Below are positions 1 through 37,751 of a stretch of DNA of 64,000 nucleotides, one piece after another. Source of the DNA: Podarcis melisellensis (lineage: Eukaryota). The notes beneath the pieces were generated by a model that did not search any database, had not been told where the DNA came from, and saw nothing but the letters and a program-made list of their open reading frames with translations. The stretch lies in NCBI GenBank assembly GCA_964234715.1, contig OZ174276.1; one strand, 5' to 3'. Position 1 is the stretch's first letter. The number at the start of each line of letters is the position of its first letter. A program made the translations under genes and the position numbers.

Positions 1-902
1 TACAAAAAAAAAGGAAAAATTCTTAGTAAACAAAATGCAGCAGTTGAAATATGTTTGTGGATGACAGCATCTGCAACCGCAGGCTAGGGAGTCTACTCAA
101 GGCCAGATCATTCCCAAAAGCAGTCAACCACTCATGCAGACTTGGTTTTATTCCCCTTGATGAAAAATATATATACCCTGCCTACCAAAACATGAAGATA
201 GCATACAAAAGATACAATATACTCAAAAAAAATTAATGTCAGATACAATAAAAGTACCCAATAAAACTATTCAATAAAAGCTCTGCAGAGTTTTTCCTAA
301 CAGCAGCCTCGGCAAGGAAATCAGCTTGAGTGTAACTGAGCCAGCGCACAATGTCAGCTGGCAGGCTGGAGCTCTTCAGATGCACATGTAAAGAGATATA
401 GCAGAATAGAATCCTGTGCATCGTTATTACAGAACAAGTTCAACTGACCTCAGTGGGCCCTATTATTTTTGTCTAAGCATGCACAGCAATGGGCGCCTGT
501 CCAGCAGAAACACCCTGCATCCCCCCACCCCATCCAATTTTCTGGAATGGTTCTTGCAAGGTGCAAGGGGTTGCTGCCAGAAGGAAATAGTGCCTCTCTG
601 TTCACAAGGTATAAGGCAGATCCTGGCCAAGCAGAAAGGCAAGAAGTGGTGGGAGGAAAAATCTCTCATTTTGCAAGTTGCCTTTAGAAAAATAAAGTTA
701 AAAATAGTAGACAAAGTTGACACGGGGGGGGGGGGATCCAACAGTTACTTTTTAAACTGTTATTCTTAAAAATGGTTATGTGCCTTAAAATGGCAGACTA
801 GAAGAAGAAAATATTGGACCTTTTGCAATAAACCTGATGCTGGTATGGGTTTCAAATCAGGACTGGCTAAAAAGGAACCACCTATGCAATGGGAGTTGAT
901 CA

Positions 903-25383
<24,481 letters not shown>

Positions 25384-26469
25384 GGAGCCTCTCCGGGGCG
25401 GCAGGACGCCTCTTCCGTGGGGGGTTAAAAGGGCATAACCTCGGAGAAGCACGAAAGGGCCACCTCAGCCCCTCGCAGTCCCCTGCTCTCTGCTCCGGCC
25501 AGTGGCCGCGCGACGCGACTTCTCCAGCCGCCGCCGCCGCCGCGCAAGAGCCAGCCAGCCAATGGAAGCGCAGCCAAGCTGGCCAATCCCTGGCGCCCCG
25601 TCAGGAGAGACCCCTTGCGAGGAGGAGCAGGCGGCGGGGTCTCCGGACCCCGGCGCTGCGTGGAGACTTGGGATTTGTAGGCTGAGCTAATCTTTTCCTC
25701 ACGGCCTCTCTCCGAGTATCCGAGGAGCCAAGGACTACCACACCCGTGAGCCTTTTCGCCCGCCCAGCTAGAAGGCATTTAAATCATTCAGTGCGGAGAT
25801 GTTTTCCAAAAGACTGCGCGCTTGACGATTGTGTTGCGCTGTGGTTCTTGCCGTGGGGAAGAGGGAGGTTTGGGCTACGATTTCTATTTGTCGTCTGCTT
25901 TTCCTCGCTTAGTTGTTTCTGCCTGTCTATTCGTTAGAGGAAATAAATGGATGGGGGGAGAAGAGAAGGGAATTGCTCCTCCACGCTAAGCCTATTTATT
26001 CAGAAATAAGTTCCATTGCTTTCAGCGGGGCTTACTCCTATTAATTCTTACCAAGGAATAAGCTCCACAGGGCTTCTGTGAGCCCAGTGAGATTTGGCTT
26101 GAGGGGTCAGTATACTGATGACACTCGGTTCTCTTTGTCTCTGTCTAGTGTAAGGGTGGCCCTGCAGGTATGAGACCGGTGTACCGTGTTTTCATTCTGT
26201 AATGGGCTGGACAAGGCCAAGAAACTGAACTGGTATTCTGACGTGCTCTGCGTAAGTGGTGCCTGTGTCCCGGAATGAGATGCGCAGTCTGTTCTTTGGA
26301 AAGATTGCACTCCCTTTGAAAAAGCAGGCGGGTAGTGGTGGAGCGTGGAGGCAGGTATTCTTGGATCCAGCATTGTCACCTCAGGCACAGGTGCTCCCAG
26401 TGGCATGGAAGGCCTTTTCCCAGCTTTGGTTTGCAAACTACAACTGTATCTGAACGGATTACTGAAATG

Positions 26470-26780
26470 TGCTGTTCGTGGGGCAGCCTTTGAAGACAAG
26501 CTGAAAGCTTTAATGAGTGCTGATGGAACTGCAAGAATTTTAACCGGTAGAGCTGGATGAAATCGTTTAAACAGATTCTGAAAAAGTTACGTTGGCTGCC
26601 TATTTACCTTCGAGGTGCTGGGTGCTCATCGTTAAAGCCCCTAAACACCTTGGGATGCTGTTTTACAATACCACCCCATACGTGTTTGTGTATGTATCCA
26701 ATAAAATGGAATCTGGTCCAGGAAAGCTTGTGCTGTGAGCCGCCCTGTGATCTTCAGCGGTTAATAAATTATTATTAATA
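26470..26780 (+). mobile_element. Degenerate L2 3' fragment between the two promoters
   Basis: Residual LKKLRWLPI ... aaagccctaaac pattern and AT-rich tail. Confidence 0.6.
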
Positions 26781-27099
26781 AACATGCCATAATAAATGTT
26801 GGCCTTTAAGATGCCACATGGCAGTTCTTTTCCCCGCCACGCAGACTAATAGTTCCACTGTCAGGAAATGACGCATTGGAATTATTTTGAAGGGAAGTAA
26901 CAACCAGTCGAATATGCATCCAAGTTGCACAACGCAGCGCTAATATAGCCAACATCTACAACACGGCTTTTTTTCTGGATCCTGTATCTTCAGCACGAGT
27001 CTTGTCCCCGCCCCTACGAGCATTCCCTGCAACACTAGACCTTCCTGTTTTGTAGTTTAGAGAAAAGCAACAAGGGGACATCTGGAAGCTTAAGGCGGA

Positions 27100-27620
27100 G
27101 ACCTGAAATACTGTGCCCCTTACTCGGGAGTACTCCCACTGAACCCAGCGTGCCTTTAATATCGCTGGGAGCTGGCTGCCACCTTGCTCCCTTGGGCCCG
27201 CCATTAGCGCTCGAGTTCCTCAGCGAGAGCAAAAAACCCATCTCCTCCCGCCTATTCCTCATCTGTTCCGCAAGCAACGCCCTCTACCGCAGCGAGCCAA
27301 TGGGATCCGGCTATTTCCCTTAACGCGTCAGGAGGAGGCGGAGCGAATTTTCCTCTTCCGTCGTCTCTTGCCCACAAGGGGTAAGTCTCCTCTTTAGGCT
27401 CCAAGGTGAGGGGCTGTGCGCGCGCGGCAGAGAGCCTTCAGGGCGGCTCAGTGATTGGGTGAATTCGAAAACGCAGAGTGGGGGTATTTGCCGTTATGAC
27501 CGTTGAACCTGCGAGGGGTGGGGTGGGGGTGGAGGAGCTGCTGCAATAAGCGCTCCAAACTCGGGCCCACAAGAGGCTGGAAGGTGTCAATGGAGTGGCG
27601 AATAAAAGACGCGGGTGGTG
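27100..27620 (+). promoter_or_regulatory. CpG-rich SMIM4/UQCC5 promoter with putative non-coding exon 1 ending at 27380
   Basis: CCAAT at 27297, GC box GGAGGCGGAG, pyrimidine tract TTTTCCTCTTCCG (TCT-like/ETS), consensus donor G|GTAAGT at 27381; head-to-head with NT5DC2. Confidence 0.7.
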
Positions 27621-28782
27621 GTGGAATATAGGGCTAAGAGGTGAATAAAATGATGCACCTTGCGGAGAAAGTCACCCGCCCGTTCTCATAGGGTGGAAAC
27701 TAAGGGTCACCTAAGGAAGCTTAATAGTTAAGCTGTGGAGTTTTGTACTGCAAGATGAAACAGTGGGCGGCTTGAAAAGGGTCTTGGACAGGTTCCGCCC
27801 AAGACATTTTGCCGCCTGAGGCAAACCACTAATTGGCGGCCCCCTTCCTCCCCTCCAGGGAAGAAGGAGTGGGTGAAGAGCTACATTAGGAAAGGTGCCG
27901 GCATAAAGATAACAAGGGAGTCTGCTGCCCCTATGGATCTTTCCACCTGAGGCAGTTGCCTCGCCTTGTCTCAGGCATGGGCTGGTCCTGGTTTAGACAA
28001 AATTCATGGAGGGTAAGGCTGCTAGTCACAGTGGTTATTGGAAATTGATAGCCTCTGAATACTAGTTACTGGGAATTACAAAAGGAGGAAATGCTGCTGT
28101 ACTTATGCCCAGCTTCCATCCTGTCCTGGATAAAGGACTAGATGGGCTAACAGGCTAACTGAAAACAAGACTAAAACGAGTCATGACTAAGGTATGAATT
28201 TAGCCCTTTTTTCCTCCAGGAACAGGGCCACCTGATAAACAAGCATCTAGTTGTATGTTTGTTGAGAATAGGTAGCTATATGTCTTAAATGCAAAGAGAA
28301 AGCAGCTGTAAATAGTAGGCAGAAGTAGTGATCAAGTTTTGTGAAGGGTCTACTGGGCCTATTGACTGATACACACTATAAAATTCTGCAAGTACCTCAA
28401 ATATACGATCTGTATTGTAAAACAGGGATGGGTAGCCTGTTCCAACGGCCAATAGGGGCAGTGATTTACAAGGGGCAGGTAAAAGAAAAGAGGTAACGTT
28501 CCAAATATACTTAGGGACACCTGGAGAAAATGGCAAGTGTAAAATATAGGACTGAAAGTTTTAATCAGATTTAAGTAATAGCCCTCCTGATCCTATGCAT
28601 GTTTACTCTGAAATAAGTCCCATTGAAAGTAAAACTTGCAGTGGCTTTCCAAATTTTTTCCACTGAGCTCCCTATGAGTAAGAATGAATACTGTACTTAT
28701 TCTTAAGTACGTTAAATATGTATACTACTATAATCAGCTAACTTTACATAAGATCAGGAAACTTGCAAAACTTCTTACACGT

Positions 28783-29114
28783 AAAGGTGGAGGTACCCCT
28801 GCCCGTACGGGCCAGTCGTGTCCGACTCGGGTTGTGTGCTCATCTCGCTTAAGAGGCCGGGAGCCAGCGCTGTATGAAGACACTTTCGGGTCATGTGGCC
28901 AGCGTGACAAAGCTGCTTCTGGTGAGCCAGCGCAGCGCACAGAAATGCCGTTACCTTCCCGCTATAAAGCGGTACCTATTTATCTACTTGCACTTGGGGG
29001 TGCTTTCGAACTGCTAAGTGGGCAGGAGCTGGGACCGAACGACGGGAGCTCACCCCACCGCGGGGATTCGAACCGCCGACCATGCGACCATACCCACAGC
29101 GCCACCTGCGTCCC
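28783..29114 (-). mobile_element. Sauria SINE
   Basis: Reverse complement starts GGGACGCAGGTGGCGCTGTGG, B box GGTTCGAATCC, Bov-B-like tail ending ACCTTT; TSD TCTTACA(C/T)GT. Confidence 0.9.
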
Positions 29115-30049
29115 TCTTACATGTTAGCAAAGCGATAAACAAGAAAACTGGCATTTATTTACCAGTCAGAGTATTGGATGATTTTTTTCATTATTCAGTA
29201 AAACAAATGGAGCTAAATATTCACACAGAATCTCTGTTAACTTTAATGTACTTTTGCAAGTTTCATGTCGAAGCTTGGCTTTTGTTTTTACTTCTCAGTA
29301 TTTCTCTTTTCCTTGTGTGTGTGAGATGTTGAAGATTCTGTTTATACACTGAATGCTGCAGAAATTATCTGATATTGCAGTGGAGTCTTTAATTCTCACT
29401 TGTTGACGTGAACCTGACTAGGTTGCATCCCAGACATAGAAGCACAAGTAGAAAGTTGCAAGGTCAGTGTGCTAAATTTATTCTGTTAATTATTGTTAGG
29501 GGTCCTTGCATTTCAAACTGTAAAGTATACCTGACAGTTAGTGCTAAATAAATGTTTAATAGAAGCATAATTACGTTCTACTGTCGGAAAAGTGGTTTCC
29601 AGGGTTTTTTGGTGAGTAATTCAGGAGAACCCTCATATTAGTGCATGGGGGAGGAGAGGTGGGATCATTTCATCTGGAAGCTGAAAAGCTTGTGTGGATT
29701 AAAATACTGCCATAGTGCTATATATGAGTCATTCTATAAATGAATGTGAAAATTATAGAATACATTTAAATTCAAGAATACATTCATATGCACGCTGTCC
29801 TAGGAATAATTGCCAATTAAGTAGAATTTACTAATGAGAAAGCATGCATAGATCAGTCTGCATAGCTCTTTATCATTTGAGTTTTGAATGTTTATTGCAC
29901 AGGCAGGTTGTGTACTGTACAAGAAAGATATGAAACCCAGTTGGTTTCATTAGCTACTCTCCATATAGGTTTATTAATCAGTCTTATCAATTTTTTACAT
30001 TTTCTAGGATCAACTGCTCCCTTGCAAGGATTATAAGTTCCTATGTAAA

Positions 30050-30200
30050 ATGCTTGTCAAACATAAAATAAGACTACTCTTGAACATGGTGCCTGGAAAG
30101 CAACGCTTTGGAGTATATAGATTTCTCCCTTTCTTTTTTATCCTTGGAGGTGCTATGGAATGGTTTATGATCAGAGTCCGAATTGGGAAAGAGACTTTTT
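30050..30200 (+). CDS. SMIM4: SMIM4/UQCC5 coding exon 1 (MLVKHKIRLLLNMVPGKQRFGVYRFLPFFFILGGAMEWFMIRVRIGKETF)
   Basis: PGKQRFG.YRFLPFFF.LGG.MEW.MI signature; acceptor tttctag| at 30007; donor T|GTAAGT; not in the ORF track. Confidence 0.95.
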
Positions 30201-31053
30201 GTAAGTATTTTCATAAAGTTATCTAATATTTTTCTCTTAGCAGATATATCTACAGTCATTGTTAAAAGCCTAGACTTAACAGATATTTCCTAGTTTGTGT
30301 AACCCATTACTACCTCTAAAATAAGTTCATAATTGCTTGAATAATCATACCTGAAGATTTGCTTTGCTTTATGTTCAGTTTTTATTAAATGGAGAAATAG
30401 CCCAATATGATCTCAAACAGGTAACCACAATATGGGTAACTTAAGACTTTATGGCTAATGGTATCAAAGGTCTCAGAACTCTTTAATGGGATGCAGTTGC
30501 CCTTGCTGCTCTTCTAAGAGACAAGTGACATATTTCATGAAGTACAATTTCAGTGCTATGCCCAATTCAATACCTAGACTGGTCATTTAAGAAGTTGATG
30601 GTTTAGTCAGCTACTGTATATGCTCAGTGATCTTCCCCCTCCCTTGAAAAAGTTAGAGATGAACTGATAGCTACCTGGAAAATCCACATTTAAATAGTTT
30701 TTGAGGAGGGATGAGCGTCTAGAAATTTAAGCCAGTGGTAGTATATTGTTCTCTGTGAATGAATGATCCTTAGCCACAGCCACCAAGGAAGTTGTTTTTC
30801 TCAAAATGGTTTTACCAGCTTTGTTGAGTGTTGGTACTACACCCAGGTGGTTCTTTCTCATGCATCATTCTCCCTATCAAACGGTGAGACAAACTGAAGC
30901 TAATTCAAATAGCCTTAAGCAACACGGCCCTGGTCAAATAATCTAATAATTTTCTTGTGCATGTAGGTGAAGTTAGGTTGGGGGGAAGAGCTCCCCAGAT
31001 GGTTGACAGTGGGAATCACTGCTCATATCAAAGATAATTTTGGCATGCTAAGG

Positions 31054-31200
31054 CAGCTATCTTCAACCTTTTCAGATCCAGGACCCATTTTTAACCCAAA
31101 CATGTATTTGTGGTAAAAGATTAAGAAATGGGTCTCCATACTTCCATGGTGATAGTGCTCCTGTTGTGACCCACCTTGGATCAGGCTTGGACCACTTGAA
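31054..31200 (-). mobile_element. hAT-like MITE, same family as 50107-50284
   Basis: Reverse-complement alignment to the 50107-50284 copy over more than 140 bp. Confidence 0.65.
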
Positions 31201-32836
31201 GAACTGTGCTCTGAGGCATCCATAATCAGTTTTATTTTTCTGCCTCAGTTGTCACTTCACTCCCTGCCTCATATTGTTTGTTCAGGGCAGTCTTTCTTTC
31301 ATTTTTTTCTCTGTTCTTGGTGTGTGGCTATTTGTGGGACCCTTGTTGTCCCTTCTGTGCTGCTGGCAATTGTTTTTTTCTGACTTTTTCCATGCTTTGC
31401 CACCCTGAAGTTCTCAGTCTCCTTCCTTCTCTCCCACCCCCAAACCACCTGCCCTTCCCTCCCCTCAGCCATCTTTGCCTGCCTTTCTCTCAATCTACCT
31501 TCCTCTATAGTCTGATGAAAAAGTTAAAAATCAATTAAGAGAGGACCCTCTTGTTTATTCCACACCCATTTCCCTGCCCTGAATACGATTTGGTCTACAG
31601 TCTCTTTAAGCAGTCCATTGATACTTAACCTGGGATACATCCTTTTTTGTGCATGTAAGACAACATCAGGGCTTCACTCTTGTTGGCTATGGGGCCCGCC
31701 TCTCTCAAACTACTTGTTATTTAATTTTTGTTCCGTATCTTCACACTTCTCAGTTCTTTTGGCAGGGAGTGTTATGTCTTATACTTTTCTGTCACTGTTC
31801 TGCCTTTGGCTTATTCCACTTTGCTAGGCTTGTAATAATTAAACTGGCAATGGATGCCATAGAGTGCCAGAAGACTTTGATTTGAACATCAATTTCTTCT
31901 GTCAACCATTGGCTGTCATCTTACATGCATGAAAAGCAACCCTTCACGGGTAAGTACCAGCAGTATCATCTCATGAAATAGGTAGCAGACTTAAGTCAGC
32001 AGTAGCCTGGCTAGTTTCTCCCATGAGGCTATTTTGGTTAAACCATATTCACCTGTTTTATGATGCCTGGTTATATAATTTCTGGTATTCTGAATTGGAA
32101 CTTGGCTGGATCTGTTATCTTTGATCTAACCTTGGAGATGAGGGATCTCTTCTCTCTAGTCTTTGAAGGTTAGTGCTAAGATCAGATAAGCCTCTGCCTG
32201 CTCTTTGACAGTAAACTGCCAGAGCAGGCAGCCGTTCTGATCACAGTGCTGTGAAATTACAGCACAAGATCAGAGATAAATAAGACTACTGTCTTTTACC
32301 ATCAAAGAACAAGCAGAGGCTTGTCTCTTCTCTTGGTTCTCTTGTCCTACTGCACTAGGAGATGTGCCTCTACTTGCTGCTTGGTAGTGAAAGGCAGTGG
32401 GAGAGGCTTATCTCCAATCTTAGTGCTGTGGGACAAAAAGTATTAAGATCAGAGATAAGCCTAACACTTCTGCCACAGCTTAAACTTTGGTTCACCATAT
32501 AGATATCAGGTGATTGATAAGTGGATGGTCCCACTCGCCTATTAAATAGGGTCTACTGGTGGGTCAGTTCTAGATCCAGTGCTTTGGTGAGATCACATTC
32601 CCCATCTTTGTTCTAACGAGCTTTGCTTCTATAAATCACTCATTGCCATGGTATATTCTTCAAAATACAATATTTGGTGCTGTGATCTGGTTTGGCATGA
32701 ATCAGCCCATTCAGTTGATTGTTTACATTGCGGGGGGCGGGGGGGGGATAGCTGTCTAATGAAGTGACGTAATAAATGTAAGATGCATTTAAAGGATGTT
32801 TCCACCACAGTATTTTGAGAAATAAATATTTTACAG

Positions 32837-32898
32837 ATGACGTTTACCGTAGAAAAAGGTCTGAGAGACAGCATGAGCAAAATTTGGAAGGAAGATGA
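32837..32898 (+). CDS. SMIM4: SMIM4/UQCC5 last coding exon (YDVYRRKRSERQHEQNLEGR*), total protein 70 aa
   Basis: ttacag| acceptor, phase 1 matches; YDVYRRK.SERQ motif; TGA at 32896-32898. Confidence 0.95.
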
Positions 32899-33557
32899 CT
32901 TTGACGCTGAATAATTTAGATGAAGTGAAATCTGAACTTCTAAATCCTACTTGCCTTTCACATCTAAATTAAGAAAATTACAAGTGTTCAGACTGAACGA
33001 TGACTGTTTTGAGTCCCATGAAGTTTTTGCTACGCAGGTTGCTGGAAGATGATGCTGTAGTTGTCTTATTGTAGTCACAGCTATCCAGGAACTGAACAGT
33101 AAGGACCGGTTACAATACTTATATTTATTTCAGAAGCTGTAATTAATTGTACATCTAAAACATTTCATCATTGGTTTATTGATCAATCACCTGTTTTTAT
33201 AAACTCTTCCACAAATACAACTTTTAGTACTGCTTCTCTTTTCATTTTAGGGAACCTGTTTGGCATGACACTGGGCTGGTTCAGATGTAGCAAGCAATCA
33301 TGAGCCTTGTCCATGCGCGGGCGCAGAGAATTCTGGAAGCTTTGCTCTGGAAAGCTTTAGTACATTTCCCCCTTTTCAGCTTGTTCCAGTCGCTCTAAAC
33401 AGCTGCTGAATCAAGGGAAGCAGTGAGTGGTTGATCTATTATTAGCCTTTGCAGGGTTGGCTAATGTTTCTTGAGCCAACGACCACATTGATCCAGGGTC
33501 AGTCTTCAGAGGGCTGCATGTCATGGCCAAGTATAGAAGTGGCTTTATTATTTAAAT

Positions 33558-33563
33558 AATAAA
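33558..33563 (+). terminator. Candidate SMIM4 poly(A) signal AATAAA
   Basis: First plus-strand AATAAA I found after the stop, followed by a GT-rich tract. Confidence 0.35.
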
Positions 33564-33564
33564 A

Positions 33565-33589
33565 TGTGTGTGTGTGTGTGTGTGTGTGT
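33565..33589. repeat. (TG)n microsatellite
   Basis: Direct reading. Confidence 0.95.
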
Positions 33590-34349
33590 CAGTGTCATGC
33601 ACCCCCCCCCCATCCCGTTTCCTGGAACTGGACTCAGCCTGCACATTAGCCACACCTGCTTTAAGGGTTTGAAATTGTATTGTATAGTCTTTGGTATTTA
33701 GGACAAATTACTTTTGGGGGTAATTTAACCTAAGTTAACCACAATATGCCCCAAGAAATAGACCTCAAGCCTGTATAAACTTACGTGTTACTCACATCAA
33801 AGTCCTAATGCATGAATACACAGGTGCATATAATTCAGCTTCAGAGGAGTTACACTCCTCAAAATGGGGAGAACACTGAAAAACGTTCCTGTTGCTTATA
33901 TAGCTCTATGATACCAGGTGTGCTCTATCCTATAATTTGTAAAAATAATGTTTTGAGATGTAGAGTGCACTTTGCTGGTATTGATTATGGTACAAGTAGA
34001 TCTGATGAAATTAAGGACATTTAACATTCCTTCTATAGGTCACATACTATATAAGCCATACATGTACGCAGGAATTAAGCGTTAAGTGAATTCAACAGTG
34101 ATTTTCCAGACAGGCAAAATGTGTGACCACCATCATACACCTGAGATCCAGTGGATCTGTGTATTGATTTGATACAGTTCTATATTAGGACAGTTCAGAT
34201 TGTTTCATATTATCCTAGGATTGCTTTTTGGGGAAACTGTGACATGTATAGCTTGCTTATCTCTGTGGTTTCTTTATAGGACACGTCTAGATTTCCAGGA
34301 AAACTAAGAATAAGACATCAAACCTGGCTAATCCAAACTGCAAGCTATT

Positions 34350-34355
34350 TTTATT
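34350..34355 (-). terminator. Candidate distal PBRM1 poly(A) signal (would give a ~3.4-kb 3'UTR)
   Basis: AATAAA on the minus strand in a U-rich 3'-end-like context; other candidates near 34665, 35092 and 37305. Confidence 0.4.
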
Positions 34356-37300
34356 CAAATTAAAAAGCCTCAGACAAACTGATAGTACATGCACATTGAC
34401 TAGTTATCACTTTACTCAATGGAGTATACAACCAGGAGTAAAAAATGAGGCATGGATTAACCAGGTCCAAAAAGCATATATGCTGAAAAGTATATTATAA
34501 AACATCAACTTGAATTATTACATAAACACATTTGCTCTAAGGGAAGAGTGGGGAATATGGAATAGGAGATGAACTGCTGATCACTTCCAAACTGGTTTAC
34601 TGAAACATGTTTTTCCACTCAAGCCAACCATTTCCCATACTCTTATCTGAATATTCAATGTCCTTTTATTCTAATACAGTGCATGGCTGTAGAAAAAAAC
34701 AAATAATGGGTTCAAATGGTAAAAAAAAGACATAGTTTGCTCTCCTTCTCAACAATTTATAGTTAGAAAAGTTTAGTCAGCTGGTTGTGCAATACTGGAT
34801 TGTAGCCATCAAACTTTAATCCTACATGTTACTGAAATGCCCCCAGTAAAGAGAGACATGATTTTGGAATAAATTAAATTTAAAATAATTAGGGCCAGCC
34901 TAATGGTCTAGGAGGAGTGCTCTGCACTGCCATAGAAAAGGCAAAGGCCTCATTTACAGTTCTAATTGTTTACTCCTGGGTTATTAGAAATAGTGAAGCT
35001 GCCCTCTTAAATGTCTGGGAAAGACAATGCTGCATATTATTCAACACTGATCCTCCTGCATTATACAGCATTCAAAGGGTGTCTCATCCTGTTTATTTTT
35101 TAAATAAATAAAAATAAATAAATTCCAGGTTCTTTGGTGTAGTTTTTGCAATAACTAAAACAAAAAGTGATTGTATTAGTAAAAGTCTATGGTGTTTCCA
35201 AGTACTAAAGATCTAGGACTTGTTGCCTCCTTTTGACATTGAAACTGAAATGTGAGAGGTAATTTCAAACACACTGGCCACGATCCAGAAGAGCACCCAT
35301 GCACTCGCCTCAGTAGCTCCCAGTGCTGAGCTGATTTGGCATTGGCAGCTTCTGCTAAGTCACCTAAGGAAAACTCCTGGGTGCATGCAGAGATTTGTGA
35401 GGTTTTTAAAAATTGCAAAGGCCATATACTAAGATGTGTGCCACATATGATAGAATGATAAGGATACAAAAATCTCTGTAATATTAATATTGTATTTTGC
35501 ATTAGTATCTCATCTGAAGAACCAAAACTTTAATAGTATATTTTTCACAGGCTACTTGCTGTCATCTTCATAATGCATTGTATCACTGAAACAGATCCAG
35601 AAACATCAACTAAATATACATTTTTCTGGATGTGTGTCAAAAAAGGTAATGGAATGTAATTTTCATTGAGTGAACTAAAGTTGGTCCAATAAGACAGTTA
35701 CTTATCCTGGTGAACCACTCATTCTCTGAAGCCAACATGGCAACAATTCTTTGTTAAAATCAACCTCGTAATTAAACATGACTTCTAACGTGCCTCCTAA
35801 CTGATACTTGTGCAAGCTTTGTCAGGTGGTTGCCTCCTGAATTATTTCTTTGAATCCATTCTTGATAAGCATTCCATTACTTGTCAACATTCAAAGCTGT
35901 TTTTTCTAAACTTATGAATCTAACTTTAAAGGTGAAGAGGGAGATCTAATTGTGGCAGCCCATCTTTGTAACAGGGCTCCATCCTTCCCCTCCAGTCCCC
36001 CAACCCTATGGAGCATATTTTGGGGATGCACATGAAGGAGGTTGTCCTCTTTGTACAAGTGGATGCTCCCTTGTTCTATGATGGATGTCACCCAAACAAG
36101 GAAGGCTGCTGAACTAGAAAATCCTAGTATCGGGGCTATACTATTACACATGATGTTTATCAGAGTTTATGTGCCAACGTCTCTGAAAAATGACTAGTAG
36201 CGGGGACAGGGTTCTACCCTTGATTTGAGGGGCCCATGCCTACAATTTGCACTGGATAAAAAGCTCTTGAATTCACTACCCCTGCCCCCGCACCCTGTTT
36301 TATGGAAGAAAAACTGTGCAGTGAAAAGCAGGCTATGCAATTAATGCCATTGGTAGTCTGGCCCTCAAAACAGACAACAAAACAGAACTACACAACTAAC
36401 AACTCCCAACTGGTTTCACCTAGGACTTTTTACATGCCTTAAGGAGCTCTCTGCTTTGTAACTGCTGTTACTAGTAAAGACAAATGCTGTATTGTCCTAT
36501 AACTGGGGGAACAAAAATTAGATTAACTTTCTAAATAAATTTATGCAGGTTCAGGACACAAGTTCCTACATATGATGATCTGCTGTGTTGGGCTTATAAG
36601 CAGTGCTGTACAGCTAGGACTATGCGTATAAAAAGTTATCAACAGTAGGACTGCAGTGCTTTCATCAGAGCAACCTTTAAATAAAAAGTGTCAAAATACC
36701 AAGTCCTGAATAGAGCACTTATTTTAAGCTGTTAAAATACATATGCTCATTTTGCATGCTCTGTTACTTACCTTCCAATATCAGTTATAAACTGCATTAA
36801 ATTTGCAGTGGGAACCTTAAACTACAAGAAACAAAACATCCAATTCTGATTTCGAAGTGAAGGTCTTGGAAACTAAAGCTTTGCACCTTTAAAAATATAC
36901 ATGTATAAATGTTCTGATCTGAGAATTCAAAGATATTATGCATCCTTCATATTAGGACAGCAAAGTAGAAATCCCTCCCCCTTTATACTTAAGCTTACTC
37001 AAGTATTTCCCCAAGGAGGTGGTGCTGGTGGTGATGAGCACAGGTCTCATCCTGGAGAAATAAATTAGGTAGCACACACTCATCAGGCCAATGTCAACTG
37101 GCATCACATGCAAGCCTTCATTTCTGCAGATCTCTTAAAGCAGACTCATCAATACAAGCCCCACTTTGAACTTATATGTGCCAACAAAAGGTGGTCTAAT
37201 CAAAAGATACAGTCTTGCTTATTTCCTTTTATCAAGTTCTGGGAACAAATAAAAAAGGCCTTACATTTACCAAGTTGATTCCATCTTCTCCCTACCCTAG

Positions 37301-37751
37301 TAGCTTTATTTAAAGGAAGGCTTTAAGTTCTTGTGATGTATCTGCCAAAAGTCACTACCACACAAGCACATGGATGCTCATGCTGCTAAGATGCAAACTG
37401 GGATTAACTTCACATTTCTCTTCGCTACACACTCTTGCTGCTTTAAAAAAAAAAAAAAGAAGGCATGAGAACCTCTGTGTAAGGCCAAATGATGTAACCT
37501 TATTTTGCATTTATAACAAAAGTGTGAGATCATCTTCCAAGTTAAAGAACCATATGCACAAGTCTGTATATTTTTTAAAAAAGTCAACATAATATAACAA
37601 AAAGTGAAATATGCTTATTAAAAGTGTCCTTATATAAAAAACAATCTTGCAATGTACAGTAAGATGCAATAAAACCAGTTTGCCCTCCCCCAGCAATAAC
37701 TAAAACAGCTATTGTTCCACAAAAATTTTATATGTTGGTATCGAAAGAGGA

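Noticed and set aside
28684-29127. ORFs at 28684-29127 and 61145-61554 sharing PSRYKAVPIYLLA
   Set aside because: Translations of Sauria SINE copies, not genes
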